Assembly: GCA_965207375.1 (NCBI GenBank)
Contig: OZ242274.1
Coordinates: forward strand, 1,440,001-1,504,000
Source: Nitrosopumilaceae archaeon
GTDB lineage: Archaea > Thermoproteota > Nitrososphaeria > Nitrososphaerales > Nitrosopumilaceae
Length of the DNA stretch: 64,000 nucleotides
Reading direction: 5' to 3'
The position numbers and the translations under genes are program-made. Positions 10,632-19,209 of the stretch are shown in pieces. Under the pieces are notes generated by a model. It was given only the letters and a program-made list of their open reading frames with translations. It was not told where the DNA came from and did not search any database. Numbering within the stretch: position 1 is the first letter of the stretch; each line of letters opens with the position of its first letter.

Positions 10632-10696
10632 ATGGGCGATGATGAGACCACACAAACTGACTTCTGTATGAAGAATCATCCCTGGTCTGAGCCCAT
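10632..10696 (+). ncRNA. Box C/D sRNA-like unit 4
   Basis: Same scaffold; guides GACCACACAAA and ATCATCCCTGGT; C' ATGAAGA. Confidence 0.85.
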
Positions 10697-10770
10697 CATA
10701 ACCTCATTTTCACAGAACTATTTCTGCTATAAACTTTCCATAATGAAAAACAATTACAATATTTAATGTA

Positions 10771-10865
10771 AAGTGAGCGGCGATGATGAACGCGTGCAAA
10801 TCATATCCGATGAGAGACGGAAATGTTGATGCCTGACTCGCCGAGAGTCCCTGAGCCGCACACTT
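10771..10865 (+). ncRNA. Box C/D sRNA-like unit 5 (divergent, longer)
   Basis: Different terminal stem AAGTG-a-GCGGC / GCCGC-a-CACTT enclosing ATGATGA...CCGA...TGATG...CTGA. Confidence 0.75.
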
Positions 10866-10919
10866 CTCTCAACTTTCATTTCTTTCTTTTTAAACTTTGT
10901 AAAAATTACACTAAACCAC

Positions 10920-10984
10920 ATGGGCAATGATGAGACCACACAAACTGACTTCTGTATGAAGAATCATCCCTGGTCTGAGCCCAT
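10920..10984 (+). ncRNA. Box C/D sRNA-like unit 6 (same guides as unit 4)
   Basis: Scaffold and both guides match 10632-10696. Confidence 0.85.
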
Positions 10985-11136
10985 CATAACTTGTCTTCAC
11001 AGTAACATTTTCTATATCTAAACCTGCCGCAACCACAGGTACAATTTTCGTTCTTTGCAAGAACAAGCCCAGTGAGGGTTAATTACAAGTCAAACATCGC
11101 AAGCCGATTTTGGCTAAATTTACAAAACTTACGCTC

Positions 11137-11646
11137 ATGACTACAAAACGAAACCAAAAAATCACCATTGATGGTAAGGAATACCTAAAACGAGACGTAT
11201 GTAGATACGTCAAGGATTTCTCTGGAGAGATAGATGATCTCATCCTAACACCATGTGGTACAGGTCAGTCAGCCATAAAAAACTACGACGATGAAGTCGT
11301 GGCAACTGTTGACACAGACTGCATCCGAACTTTACTCGGTGATACCATACCGATTGAAGGTTTGGAGAGTATTGATGACAGACGTCAAAGGAAGGAATTT
11401 ACAAAAACGACACAAGTTGCTACAGGGAATTGGCACTCATGCATAGCAGATGAGAAAGGTAATCTACCTGATTGTGACGTGTGTCAATCATATATTCCAG
11501 AAAGCACATGGATAAGCCTACATAACATGTTGGCCGAATCTCTGGAAGATTCTATGATTGTTACCTTGCGCGACGAGTATGTCAAAGGACTAGATGATAG
11601 TCTACGATTCATTATAGAGTCCGAAGCTGACCGACGAGGATTGTAA
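11137..11646 (+). CDS. Hypothetical protein embedded in the C/D array
   Basis: ATG at 11137; N-terminus KITIDGKEY...VC resembles KINVDGKQY...VC of the ORF at 16646; followed by a T-tract. Confidence 0.75.
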   Translation: MTTKRNQKITIDGKEYLKRDVCRYVKDFSGEIDDLILTPCGTGQSAIKNYDDEVVATVDTDCIRTLLGDTIPIEGLESIDDRRQRKEFTKTTQVATGNWHSCIADEKGNLPDCDVCQSYIPESTWISLHNMLAESLEDSMIVTLRDEYVKGLDDSLRFIIESEADRRGL

Positions 11647-11720
11647 AATCCTCCCCCTTTTTTATTTTCAATAATGATTATTTCTTTTTCAAATCAATTT
11701 TCAAAATTTTACTAAACCAT

Positions 11721-11784
11721 ATGGGTGATGATGAACCGGCAGTCGATTTGATCTCGATGATGAAAAGCCAGAGTCTGAGCCCAT
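11721..11784 (+). ncRNA. Box C/D sRNA-like unit 7
   Basis: ATGGGT/GCCCAT stem; ATGATGA, ACCGGCAGTCGAT, TTGA, ATGATGA, AAAGCCAGAGT, CTGA. Confidence 0.85.
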
Positions 11785-11971
11785 CATAACCTCATTTACA
11801 GAAACATTTTCTGCTATTAAATTTGTCCCTTTATTTTTCAAGAGACTGGTCAAAGCCGGAAATATTTTGCTCATGAAAAAAGAAAAACAGGAAAAAACAC
11901 CATATTTTCCAAGAATAAAACGAGAATTCGAAGATGACCCAGAAGACCGGGAAATCTGGTGAATCACCCCC

Positions 11972-12048
11972 TTTTTTGTGACCTGACAAGTCTTTTCAAA
12001 TCTCACAGTATCCCGTATGGGGCTGACAGGCAGGTGAGTGTGGAAAAG
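11972..12048 (+). ncRNA. Structured RNA motif, copy A
   Basis: TGTGACCTGACAA...CTTTTC...CTCAC...CTGACAGGCAG-GTGAG-TGTG-GAAAAG. Confidence 0.75.
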
Positions 12049-12064
12049 ATACAACGTGATTCAA

Positions 12065-12229
12065 ATGTACAAAAACAAAGAACTCGTAGCATCTGAGCTT
12101 GTTGAATCTAACATTCTCAGATCAGACTCTGGTTTCCTCCAGGGAATAATCACCCATGAGGAACTCACAGAGATTGACAAGTTGATGGATGAAGCATTCA
12201 TCGACTTTGACATTTTGTGTCGGGAATAA
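12065..12229 (+). CDS. Small hypothetical protein
   Basis: 54-aa ORF directly after RNA motif A. Confidence 0.5.
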   Translation: MYKNKELVASELVESNILRSDSGFLQGIITHEELTEIDKLMDEAFIDFDILCRE

Positions 12230-12246
12230 TCCGATACACAAACCCA

Positions 12247-12324
12247 TTTTTTTGTGACCTGACAAACTTTTCAAACCGGCATTATCTGATGTATCAGACT
12301 GACAGGCAGGCCGGTGTGGAAAAG
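12247..12324 (+). ncRNA. Structured RNA motif, copy B
   Basis: Inner stem CCGGC/GCCGG; hairpin TCTGAT/ATCAGA. Confidence 0.75.
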
Positions 12325-12333
12325 CAAGCAACC

Positions 12334-12744
12334 ATGAAAAAAAGACAAAAAATCAAAATCCCCATCATGGATGCCCTAAAAAAGACAAAAGAACGACTAT
12401 TCAAAATACAAAACGCTGTATTTTGGGGTATCGTTGTAGTCGGTACAGGAATGAGCATAACCGATTCAATGGTCGAAAAACCTATTTTTGTTGACGGCAT
12501 AGCCTTTATTATTGCTGGCTTCGTAGGTTTGATAATGTCTTGGATAACTGCTGATGTTGCAAAAAGTCTTACCGAAAAAATCGAAAAAGTCGGTCAAGAA
12601 ACCAAAGAGGAAATTCGCAAGGTAGGTAAAGAAACCAAAGAGGAAATTCGCAAGGTAGGTACCGCAGTTGAAAAACACATGGAAGTATCTATAAAACAAA
12701 CTGAGATCCTGGAGAAGATCTTGCACAAACTTCCAGACAAGTAG
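12334..12744 (+). CDS. Two-TM membrane protein with coiled-coil tail, copy 1
   Basis: Two hydrophobic helices, then ETKEEIRKVG repeats. Confidence 0.8.
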   Translation: MKKRQKIKIPIMDALKKTKERLFKIQNAVFWGIVVVGTGMSITDSMVEKPIFVDGIAFIIAGFVGLIMSWITADVAKSLTEKIEKVGQETKEEIRKVGKETKEEIRKVGTAVEKHMEVSIKQTEILEKILHKLPDK

Positions 12745-12763
12745 GGCATTCCAAAATCCCGTA

Positions 12764-12853
12764 TTTTTTGTGACCTGACAAACTTTTCAAATCCGTTAAT
12801 ATCGAGTATAGCGCAAGCTGTATTTGGCTGACAGGCAGAACGGTGTGGAAAAG
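12764..12853 (+). ncRNA. Structured RNA motif, copy C
   Basis: Inner stem CCGTT/AACGG; GNRA hairpin TATAGC-GCAA-GCTGTA. Confidence 0.75.
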
Positions 12854-13108
12854 CAAGCAACCATGAAAAAGATTCAAAGAATCCGAAACTCCATCATGGA
12901 TGCCCTAAAAGAAGCAAAAGACAGACTGTTCAGAAAACAAAACACACTATTTTGGGCCATCGTTATAACTGGTCTAGGAATGAGCATCGTGGGTTTAATT
13001 TTCGATGTGCGATTCCTTGTTGACCAGCTAAGCGAAATATGATTCAGATTCTTTGTCACAGTAGATTTTGGCCTATTTTGCCAACATTTCGCTTATGTTT
13101 GACTTGTA

Positions 13109-14269
13109 TCAATCTCTAATTGCTTCAGCTATTTCTTTACATACAAATATTTTACTTTTGTATTTGTTACTTATCTCATCTAGTATTTGTACGTCAATTA
13201 ATCTCTGTACAGCATTTTTTGCCGATGGGTAAGTTATGCCTAAATAATCTGCGGCTTTTGGAATTGTTATGAATGGATTTCCTAACAAATAATCTATCAA
13301 CAAGACCGCACTTCCACTAACACGTTGTTTTTTCAAAGTTTGTTTGTATTTTTTTTGAAGAGTTAACAACCTTTGAATATTTTCAATTGCCTCATCTGCC
13401 GTTACCGTTATCGCATGTAAGAAAAACATCAACCATTCTTTCCATTTACTTTGTTGACTAATGGCCAACAATCCTGCATAATACCTGTCCAAGTTTTTTT
13501 CAAAATATGCACTCAAATACAATAAGGGTTGAGAAAGCAAACCTCTTTCTGTTAAAAGTAAAGGAATCAACACTCTTCCAATTCTTCCATTTCCATCTAG
13601 AAAAGGATGTATAGCTTCAAATTGATAGTGTAGAATTGCACATTGTAGAACTACTGAAAGATTTTCTGGTGGTTTTTGTAGAAATTCTTCTACTTGTTCT
13701 AATAATGATACAACATATTCAGGTGGTGGGGGTGTATATACGGAATTTTCAAGGGTATCACCATATCTGACTATCCAATTTTGAACTGTTCTAAACGATC
13801 CTGGATTTTTATCTCCACCTCTGACCCCCATCATCAATATTTTGTGAGATTCTCTTATCATTTCTAAATCTATTTTTCTTCCATCTTTGATTATCTCCTT
13901 GATTTTTTCTTGTAACACTTTCACATAGTTTCTTACCTCTTTCAACCGTAATCTTTCTTCGTCTTCTTGACGAAAACTTCCTACTACCTCATATTGTAAT
14001 AGATCAGTCATTGATGCTAATGTTCCCTCGATTTTGGAACTTAATACGGCTTCCCGAGTAAGATAGGGTCTAATCAACACATGTGGATTTGGAAGTAAAT
14101 CACCTCTTCCTTTTAATTCCGCCAATTTTCGTTCTGCATGAACAAGAGACATTACTAAATCATCGTCATATTGTATTTCTGGTGGTATTTTATTAGGAAT
14201 AAAGGTCTCATATCCTTTCGTATTTTTTATTATTTTGCCGTTAGGATTGGTAAAGTCACTTTTATTCAT
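13109..14269 (-). CDS. fic: Fic-family protein (Fic_N + Fic + wHTH)
   Basis: HPFLDGNGRIGR catalytic motif and EAVLSSKIEG inhibitory-helix motif. Confidence 0.95.
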   Translation of the reverse strand: MNKSDFTNPNGKIIKNTKGYETFIPNKIPPEIQYDDDLVMSLVHAERKLAELKGRGDLLPNPHVLIRPYLTREAVLSSKIEGTLASMTDLLQYEVVGSFRQEDEERLRLKEVRNYVKVLQEKIKEIIKDGRKIDLEMIRESHKILMMGVRGGDKNPGSFRTVQNWIVRYGDTLENSVYTPPPPEYVVSLLEQVEEFLQKPPENLSVVLQCAILHYQFEAIHPFLDGNGRIGRVLIPLLLTERGLLSQPLLYLSAYFEKNLDRYYAGLLAISQQSKWKEWLMFFLHAITVTADEAIENIQRLLTLQKKYKQTLKKQRVSGSAVLLIDYLLGNPFITIPKAADYLGITYPSAKNAVQRLIDVQILDEISNKYKSKIFVCKEIAEAIRD

Positions 14270-14469
14270 TCACTGCACCGTTTTCTGGTCATTATAGTTT
14301 CTTTAATGAAATATTTACAAATTAAACATATTGCCATTTTTCTTTAATCTAAGATGTTTTACTATTAAAACTTGTTGGCTAAACAGCTAAGCGAAATGTG
14401 GGCAAAATAGGCCAAAATCTACCCCAAAAATGCAAACAGATCAATAGAGGCGGCTCCAGATGATTTTCA

Positions 14470-15606
14470 GTGTCCAAACAAAAAACCAAACAGAGCCGTG
14501 AACTATTAAACAATCCACGATTATATCAAGATGCCGCATCTGGTGCCAAAAACATGCTTGCATGTACTACTTTGTCAGTCAAGGGCAATACGATATATGG
14601 AGTTGATGATCTCAGTACCGGAATGTTGAGGGCTACCATTATGGATTCCTCTGTAGGAGGATGTGCAAATGCGGTAAAACAAAAAAACAGCAATACGCCA
14701 TCAGACAGATGGTATGCATCTGCAATCAAGGGGATATCAGAGGAAACAGTACAGGACGTTTTCCAATTACAGATAGCAAGACAGGTTAAAATTCTCAAAA
14801 AAATGGGAAAGATTCCAAAGAAGGGGCTTACAGTTGCAATGGACCTACACCTCATATGCCGTTATGACAGGACACATGGGGAGGAGTTGACCCGTTCCAA
14901 ATACAAAAACGGCACGACATACTTTGAGCGTTACATGACGGTTCACTGTGTGGATGATACAATGAGAGTCGTTCTAGCTGCAATACATCTCAAAATGCTT
15001 GATTCCGTGCCTAAATCGGTGAATTTTCTGCTCAAAACACTGTCGGATTTGGGGGTAAAAGTTCGTCTGGCATTATGTGATCGTGAGTTTTTCTCAGTGG
15101 ATACAATGCAAATGCTGATTCAAAACGACGTATCCTTTTTGATACCTTGCAGAAATACACCAAATGTAAAATCTGCACTAGACGAGTATAGTCGTAAAAA
15201 ACGTGATGTAACATCAGAGTGCACCCTACAAAACGACTGTCATTCTGTACCGTATACAATGATAATAGAAAGAAGAAAAGGGTCAAAGGATACTGATGTT
15301 GCCGAGGAAAAATACATTGGCTTTGCAACTAACTGTAATACTGTAGACGTTACAGAATATGCAAGTAGGTGGGGGATAGAATCAGGATACGGCAAGATAG
15401 AGGAATGCAGGGCCAAGACACGAATCAAGGATAATGTATCAAGAATGCTGTGTTTTTATTATTCACTGATACTGTACAATGAGTGGATAATTATCAGGGC
15501 TATTCTTTGTGACGATACAGCAAGTCAGAGTATTATGACCATGCTAGTTTTCAAAGTACAAATGGATTTTGAGTTGATGCGTCAGTTCAAGCCGCCGCCA
15601 GGGTAG
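14470..15606 (+). CDS. ISH3-like (IS4 superfamily) DDE transposase
   Basis: AMDLH, LCDREFFS and YASRWGIESGY motifs. Confidence 0.9.
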   Translation: MSKQKTKQSRELLNNPRLYQDAASGAKNMLACTTLSVKGNTIYGVDDLSTGMLRATIMDSSVGGCANAVKQKNSNTPSDRWYASAIKGISEETVQDVFQLQIARQVKILKKMGKIPKKGLTVAMDLHLICRYDRTHGEELTRSKYKNGTTYFERYMTVHCVDDTMRVVLAAIHLKMLDSVPKSVNFLLKTLSDLGVKVRLALCDREFFSVDTMQMLIQNDVSFLIPCRNTPNVKSALDEYSRKKRDVTSECTLQNDCHSVPYTMIIERRKGSKDTDVAEEKYIGFATNCNTVDVTEYASRWGIESGYGKIEECRAKTRIKDNVSRMLCFYYSLILYNEWIIIRAILCDDTASQSIMTMLVFKVQMDFELMRQFKPPPG

Positions 15607-15890
15607 GATTTGGGCTACATTTCGCTTAGCTGTTGACGGCATAGCCTTTATTATTGCTGGTGTCGTAGGACTGATAATGTCTTGGATGACTACCGATGTT
15701 GCAAAAAACCTCACCGATGAGATCCGCAAGGTTGGTCAAGAAACCAAAGAAACCAAAGAGGAAATCCGCAAAGTAGGTACCACAGTCGAAAAACACATGG
15801 AAGTAACTGTGAAACAGACAGAAAAACTAACCGAGATCCTGGAGAAGATCTTGCACAAACTTCCAGACAAGTAGGGCATCAAATCCCGTA

Positions 15891-15980
15891 TTTTTTGTGA
15901 CCTGACAAACTTTTCAAATCCGTTAATATCAAGTATAGCGTAAGCTGTACCCGGCTGACAGGCAGAACGGTGTGGAAAAG
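15891..15980 (+). ncRNA. Structured RNA motif, copy D
   Basis: As copy C with a GTAA tetraloop. Confidence 0.75.
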
Positions 15981-15989
15981 CAAACAACC

Positions 15990-16379
15990 ATGAAAAAGAG
16001 TCAAAAAATCAGAAACTCCGTCATGGATGCCCTAAAAAAGACAAAAGAACGACTATTCAAAATACAAAACGCTGTATTTTGGGGTATCGTTGTAGTCGGT
16101 ACAGGAATGAGCATAACCGATTCAATGGTCGAAAAACCTATTTTTGTTGACGGCATAGCCTTTATTATTGCTGGCTTCGTAGGTTTGATAATGTCTTGGA
16201 TAACTGCCGATGTTGCAAAAAGTCTTACCGAAAAAATCGAAAAAGTCGGTCAAGAAACCAAAGAGGAAATCCGCAAAGTAGGTACCACAGTCGAAAAACA
16301 CATGGAAGTAACTGTGAAACAGACAGAAAAACTAACCGAGATCCTGGAGAAGATCTTGCACAAACTTCCAGACAAGTAG
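15990..16379 (+). CDS. Two-TM membrane protein with coiled-coil tail, copy 3
   Basis: Near-identical to 12334-12744. Confidence 0.8.
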   Translation: MKKSQKIRNSVMDALKKTKERLFKIQNAVFWGIVVVGTGMSITDSMVEKPIFVDGIAFIIAGFVGLIMSWITADVAKSLTEKIEKVGQETKEEIRKVGTTVEKHMEVTVKQTEKLTEILEKILHKLPDK

Positions 16380-16397
16380 GGCATTCCAAATCCCGTA

Positions 16398-16487
16398 TTT
16401 TTTGTGACCTGACAAACTTTTCAAATCCGTTAATATCGAGTATAGCGTAAGCTGTATTTGGCTGACAGGCAGAACGGTGTGGAAAAG
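16398..16487 (+). ncRNA. Structured RNA motif, copy E
   Basis: As copies C and D. Confidence 0.75.
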
Positions 16488-16645
16488 AAATCCGCAATAG
16501 CGGTGCATGAAATTCTACATGTATTATTTGGACGCAAGTTCAATCCCAGATTTTTTGACAAATAATATTCGGATGTGGGCATAGAATTACCACATCGCAA
16601 CGGCGACAGTCGTAAAGAACTCAAACAACAAAGGAGGTTGATAAA

Positions 16646-17905
16646 ATGAGTGTAACAAACAAACCAACAAAAATCAACGTTGATGGAAAACAATATCCGT
16701 TAGCGTTTGTATGTAAAAAAATCAGAACAACCCTAAAACTCTCATCTGCCGTGTATAACCGCGGTAACACATTTTTGTGTGATGGAGATATGGTGGCTGT
16801 TCTGTCTGGAAATCACATAACATCTGTGATAACCGGCAAGAAACTAGACCTTTCACAAAGCCATGTGAAAAAAACACATGAACTAATTGATAACTGCAAA
16901 AAATCAATTGGTGATTTCACAGACTCTGCGGACTTTTATCAAAGAGAACCTGAAGGCTTTGAACCAATCAGCGGCAAAGCATTTGCAATTGGTTGGAAAA
17001 AAGACGGCTTTTACGAGTCGTTACATTTTGCAGATGCAGACGGCACAATGTTAAATGCTATACTAGACAAAGACACAATCGACACTCTAGTAAAACCATA
17101 CAACAGACCTGTAATAGAGCGTAGACATGTAAACTACACACCACGCTCAGAAGAGGTAGCGTTTGCACTAGCAGACATGCAAGGTTCTGACATACTAGTC
17201 CGTACGGAAAACCAATTCCATGGAAAAGTTACAGAACCCATATTTGTCGAGGAGCAACCATCAGAACAATACCAGTTTCTTTTATCTGATGATGGTCAAA
17301 TCTTGACACAAAAGTACACACCGATAAAGGAATGTGACTGCATATCTGTATCATCAATGAGTGATGAGTTCAGAGAAGCATTTGCTGATATTATCGACGA
17401 ATCACAAATGGGTGCAAAAACAGACTATACAACAGAGGCCCAAATATGTGAAGAAATAATAGACATAGAAGATGTGGTACCTTCACACTTTGTAGCAGAC
17501 AAAACAGCAAGAGATGTCAAAAGACAAAGCCAGAGTATACACACAGGTGAGAGAACACACAAGCCAAGAAAACATGACAATAGGACATACAATCCTGCTG
17601 ACATTTTGTCTCATGCCAAAACACTAGACAGCAAATCTTTGATTGTTATCTACAAACCAATGATATCACAATATCATGACCACGGTGAGACTGAACGACA
17701 CTGCAACATCTGTGTCTTTGAAGATGTATCAGAAAATCTTGAAGATACAATGGTGTCTCTTCGTGGCATGGAAGCATCTCAACTAACTGTATTTATCAAA
17801 ACAGTTGAAACCGCAATGGACCAACTACAGGTACCAACACACAAGGAGCCTGTGGAATTATCCATCGCAAAAAGCCTGCTAAAAGCAAAGTCTTCACATT
17901 GCTAA
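16646..17905 (+). CDS. Hypothetical protein, N-terminally similar to 11137-11646
   Basis: 419 aa; GGAGGT Shine-Dalgarno. Confidence 0.8.
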   Translation: MSVTNKPTKINVDGKQYPLAFVCKKIRTTLKLSSAVYNRGNTFLCDGDMVAVLSGNHITSVITGKKLDLSQSHVKKTHELIDNCKKSIGDFTDSADFYQREPEGFEPISGKAFAIGWKKDGFYESLHFADADGTMLNAILDKDTIDTLVKPYNRPVIERRHVNYTPRSEEVAFALADMQGSDILVRTENQFHGKVTEPIFVEEQPSEQYQFLLSDDGQILTQKYTPIKECDCISVSSMSDEFREAFADIIDESQMGAKTDYTTEAQICEEIIDIEDVVPSHFVADKTARDVKRQSQSIHTGERTHKPRKHDNRTYNPADILSHAKTLDSKSLIVIYKPMISQYHDHGETERHCNICVFEDVSENLEDTMVSLRGMEASQLTVFIKTVETAMDQLQVPTHKEPVELSIAKSLLKAKSSHC

Positions 17906-18267
17906 GCGCCCAAAAGGTAGCATCGATTTTAGATGCCCTTGTACTTGCCGGAAACGTTGAAACATCACAGCAATTTTTCAAATGCTGTGGTCCCAACTGG
18001 CAAAAGGTTTACAGTCTTTTGTCCCCGGAGGCACAAAAATCACTCAATCCAGATGTATCACATCAAATAAAGATAGACCCAAAAATTGCAGTAAAGGTGT
18101 TCAATGAACTAGCATCTGCACAGCAATATGATACTATCATCATGATGTGCAATTCTAGGATTGGAAACATTGGACGTATCATGAACTTTTGTTCACCTGA
18201 TGCTGTTCGTGTAATCAGCCGTGTCAGACAGACATGGCAAAAAAATGTACAGATTACCTGTACATAG
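17899..18267 (+). CDS. Hypothetical protein
   Basis: 122-aa ORF overlapping the previous stop. Confidence 0.6.
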   Translation: MLSAQKVASILDALVLAGNVETSQQFFKCCGPNWQKVYSLLSPEAQKSLNPDVSHQIKIDPKIAVKVFNELASAQQYDTIIMMCNSRIGNIGRIMNFCSPDAVRVISRVRQTWQKNVQITCT

Positions 18268-18273
18268 GGAAAA

Positions 18274-18396
18274 TCCCACTGATGAGTTTGCCATAGCGAC
18301 ACCGCATGAAGCAAACGCTGGAGTATTCCAGTTGACTGACTCCATCCCGCAGATACGGGGGTTAGTCGAAACATCCTAGTACCAGGATGTCTGGGA
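18274..18396 (+). ncRNA. Hammerhead ribozyme variant 1 (type I, branched stem II)
   Basis: TCCCA-CTGATGA...GAAA-CATCCT/AGGATG-TC^TGGGA; GUC cleavage triplet ending 18391. Confidence 0.75.
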
Positions 18397-18511
18397 AAAA
18401 GAAACACAAATCCTTCCATCCCAGACCTGATGATACCTATACCATCTAATGGTATCTGTAATATCAGGTCAATGAGGGATTTACACAACACAAACAACGG
18501 AGGTTGATATA

Positions 18512-18763
18512 ATGAGTTATACAATCACAAAATACCAAGGAAAATTTGAAACAGCAGAAAACATACCAAAGACAGGCAGACTAGTTACTGCAGAATCTTT
18601 GTTCAAAGAAAAGTCCGCACTCAGAAATGTTGCAGCAGTATTCATACAGCAACAAGAAACAGTATATCTTGTCTCACTACGTGAGATGGTACCAGAAGAC
18701 TCGAAAGTCATCGTAGATGATCAACAAAACATTTGTGCCATACCAGCAGTTGCCGGGGGGTAA
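18512..18763 (+). CDS. Small protein with ubiquitin-like (MoaD/SAMP-type) C-terminus IPAVAGG
   Basis: 83 aa; GGAGGT SD; ends AIPAVAGG*. Confidence 0.65.
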   Translation: MSYTITKYQGKFETAENIPKTGRLVTAESLFKEKSALRNVAAVFIQQQETVYLVSLREMVPEDSKVIVDDQQNICAIPAVAGG

Positions 18764-18813
18764 AACCCCTTGGAAACTCGCAGAGTATCCAATACTGATT
18801 CAAAAGGCAGACA

Positions 18814-18948
18814 ATGCTTTCAGCAACCGGCGCAATAACACGCATCGATTCTGGACGATTTTCTGTAGGTTCGGGAGTAATAGTTGACATCCATGGGTGC
18901 AACTGTCCCGGATACACAAAATGTAGAATCTGCTCACACTTGTTGTGA
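18814..18948 (+). CDS. Short SWIM-zinc-finger-like ORF or fragment
   Basis: GCNCPGYTKCRICSHLL matches CxC-xn-CxH. Confidence 0.35.
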   Translation: MLSATGAITRIDSGRFSVGSGVIVDIHGCNCPGYTKCRICSHLL

Positions 18949-19002
18949 GAAATCTCTTGACACAATACGACACCAACATAATCTAGGAGGAACAACAAGA
19001 AA

Positions 19003-19209
19003 ATGTCCAAAAAAGAACTAGAAAAAATTGTAGAGTTGTACCGCAACTATAACATCGAAAAGATGCACAAACAAAAAATCATAAAGAGTTACACAAATAC
19101 TATCATGGCCATCCTTGAGGTGTGCTCAGAAGAGACCATATCCAAAATCAATGACTGTCTTGAGCAGGAAGAAAAAATACAACCATCACCAATTGGTATT
19201 GTATCATGA
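19003..19209 (+). CDS. Hypothetical protein
   Basis: AGGAGG SD; operonic. Confidence 0.6.
   Translation: MSKKELEKIVELYRNYNIEKMHKQKIIKSYTNTIMAILEVCSEETISKINDCLEQEEKIQPSPIGIVS

Larger units (their letters stand above)
13025..15632. mobile_element. Composite ISH3-like transposon carrying a Fic gene (IS proper 14384-15632)
   Basis: IR CAGCTAAGCGAAAT at 13025 and 14384, inverted copy ending 15632; 5-bp TSD TTGAC (13020-13024, 15633-15637). Confidence 0.85.
12863..15874 (+). pseudogene. Two-TM coiled-coil gene copy 2, split by a transposon (12863-13024 and 15633-15874)
   Basis: ...RFLVD | VDGIAFIIAG... rejoin across the TTGAC duplication. Confidence 0.85.

Noticed and set aside
10186-11000. CRISPR array
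   Set aside because: Period is ~140 bp with two short variable segments between C/D boxes, not repeat-spacer units of 25-45 bp; no cas genes.
11040-11115. Twister or pistol ribozyme upstream of ORF 11137
   Set aside because: Only fragments of the consensus; the pseudoknots could not be built.
18415-18470. Second hammerhead core (CTGATGA near 18427)
   Set aside because: Extra GAC between stem I and the core, no stem II partner, and it lies inside a GACCTGAT/ATCAGGTC hairpin; treated as a competing structure.
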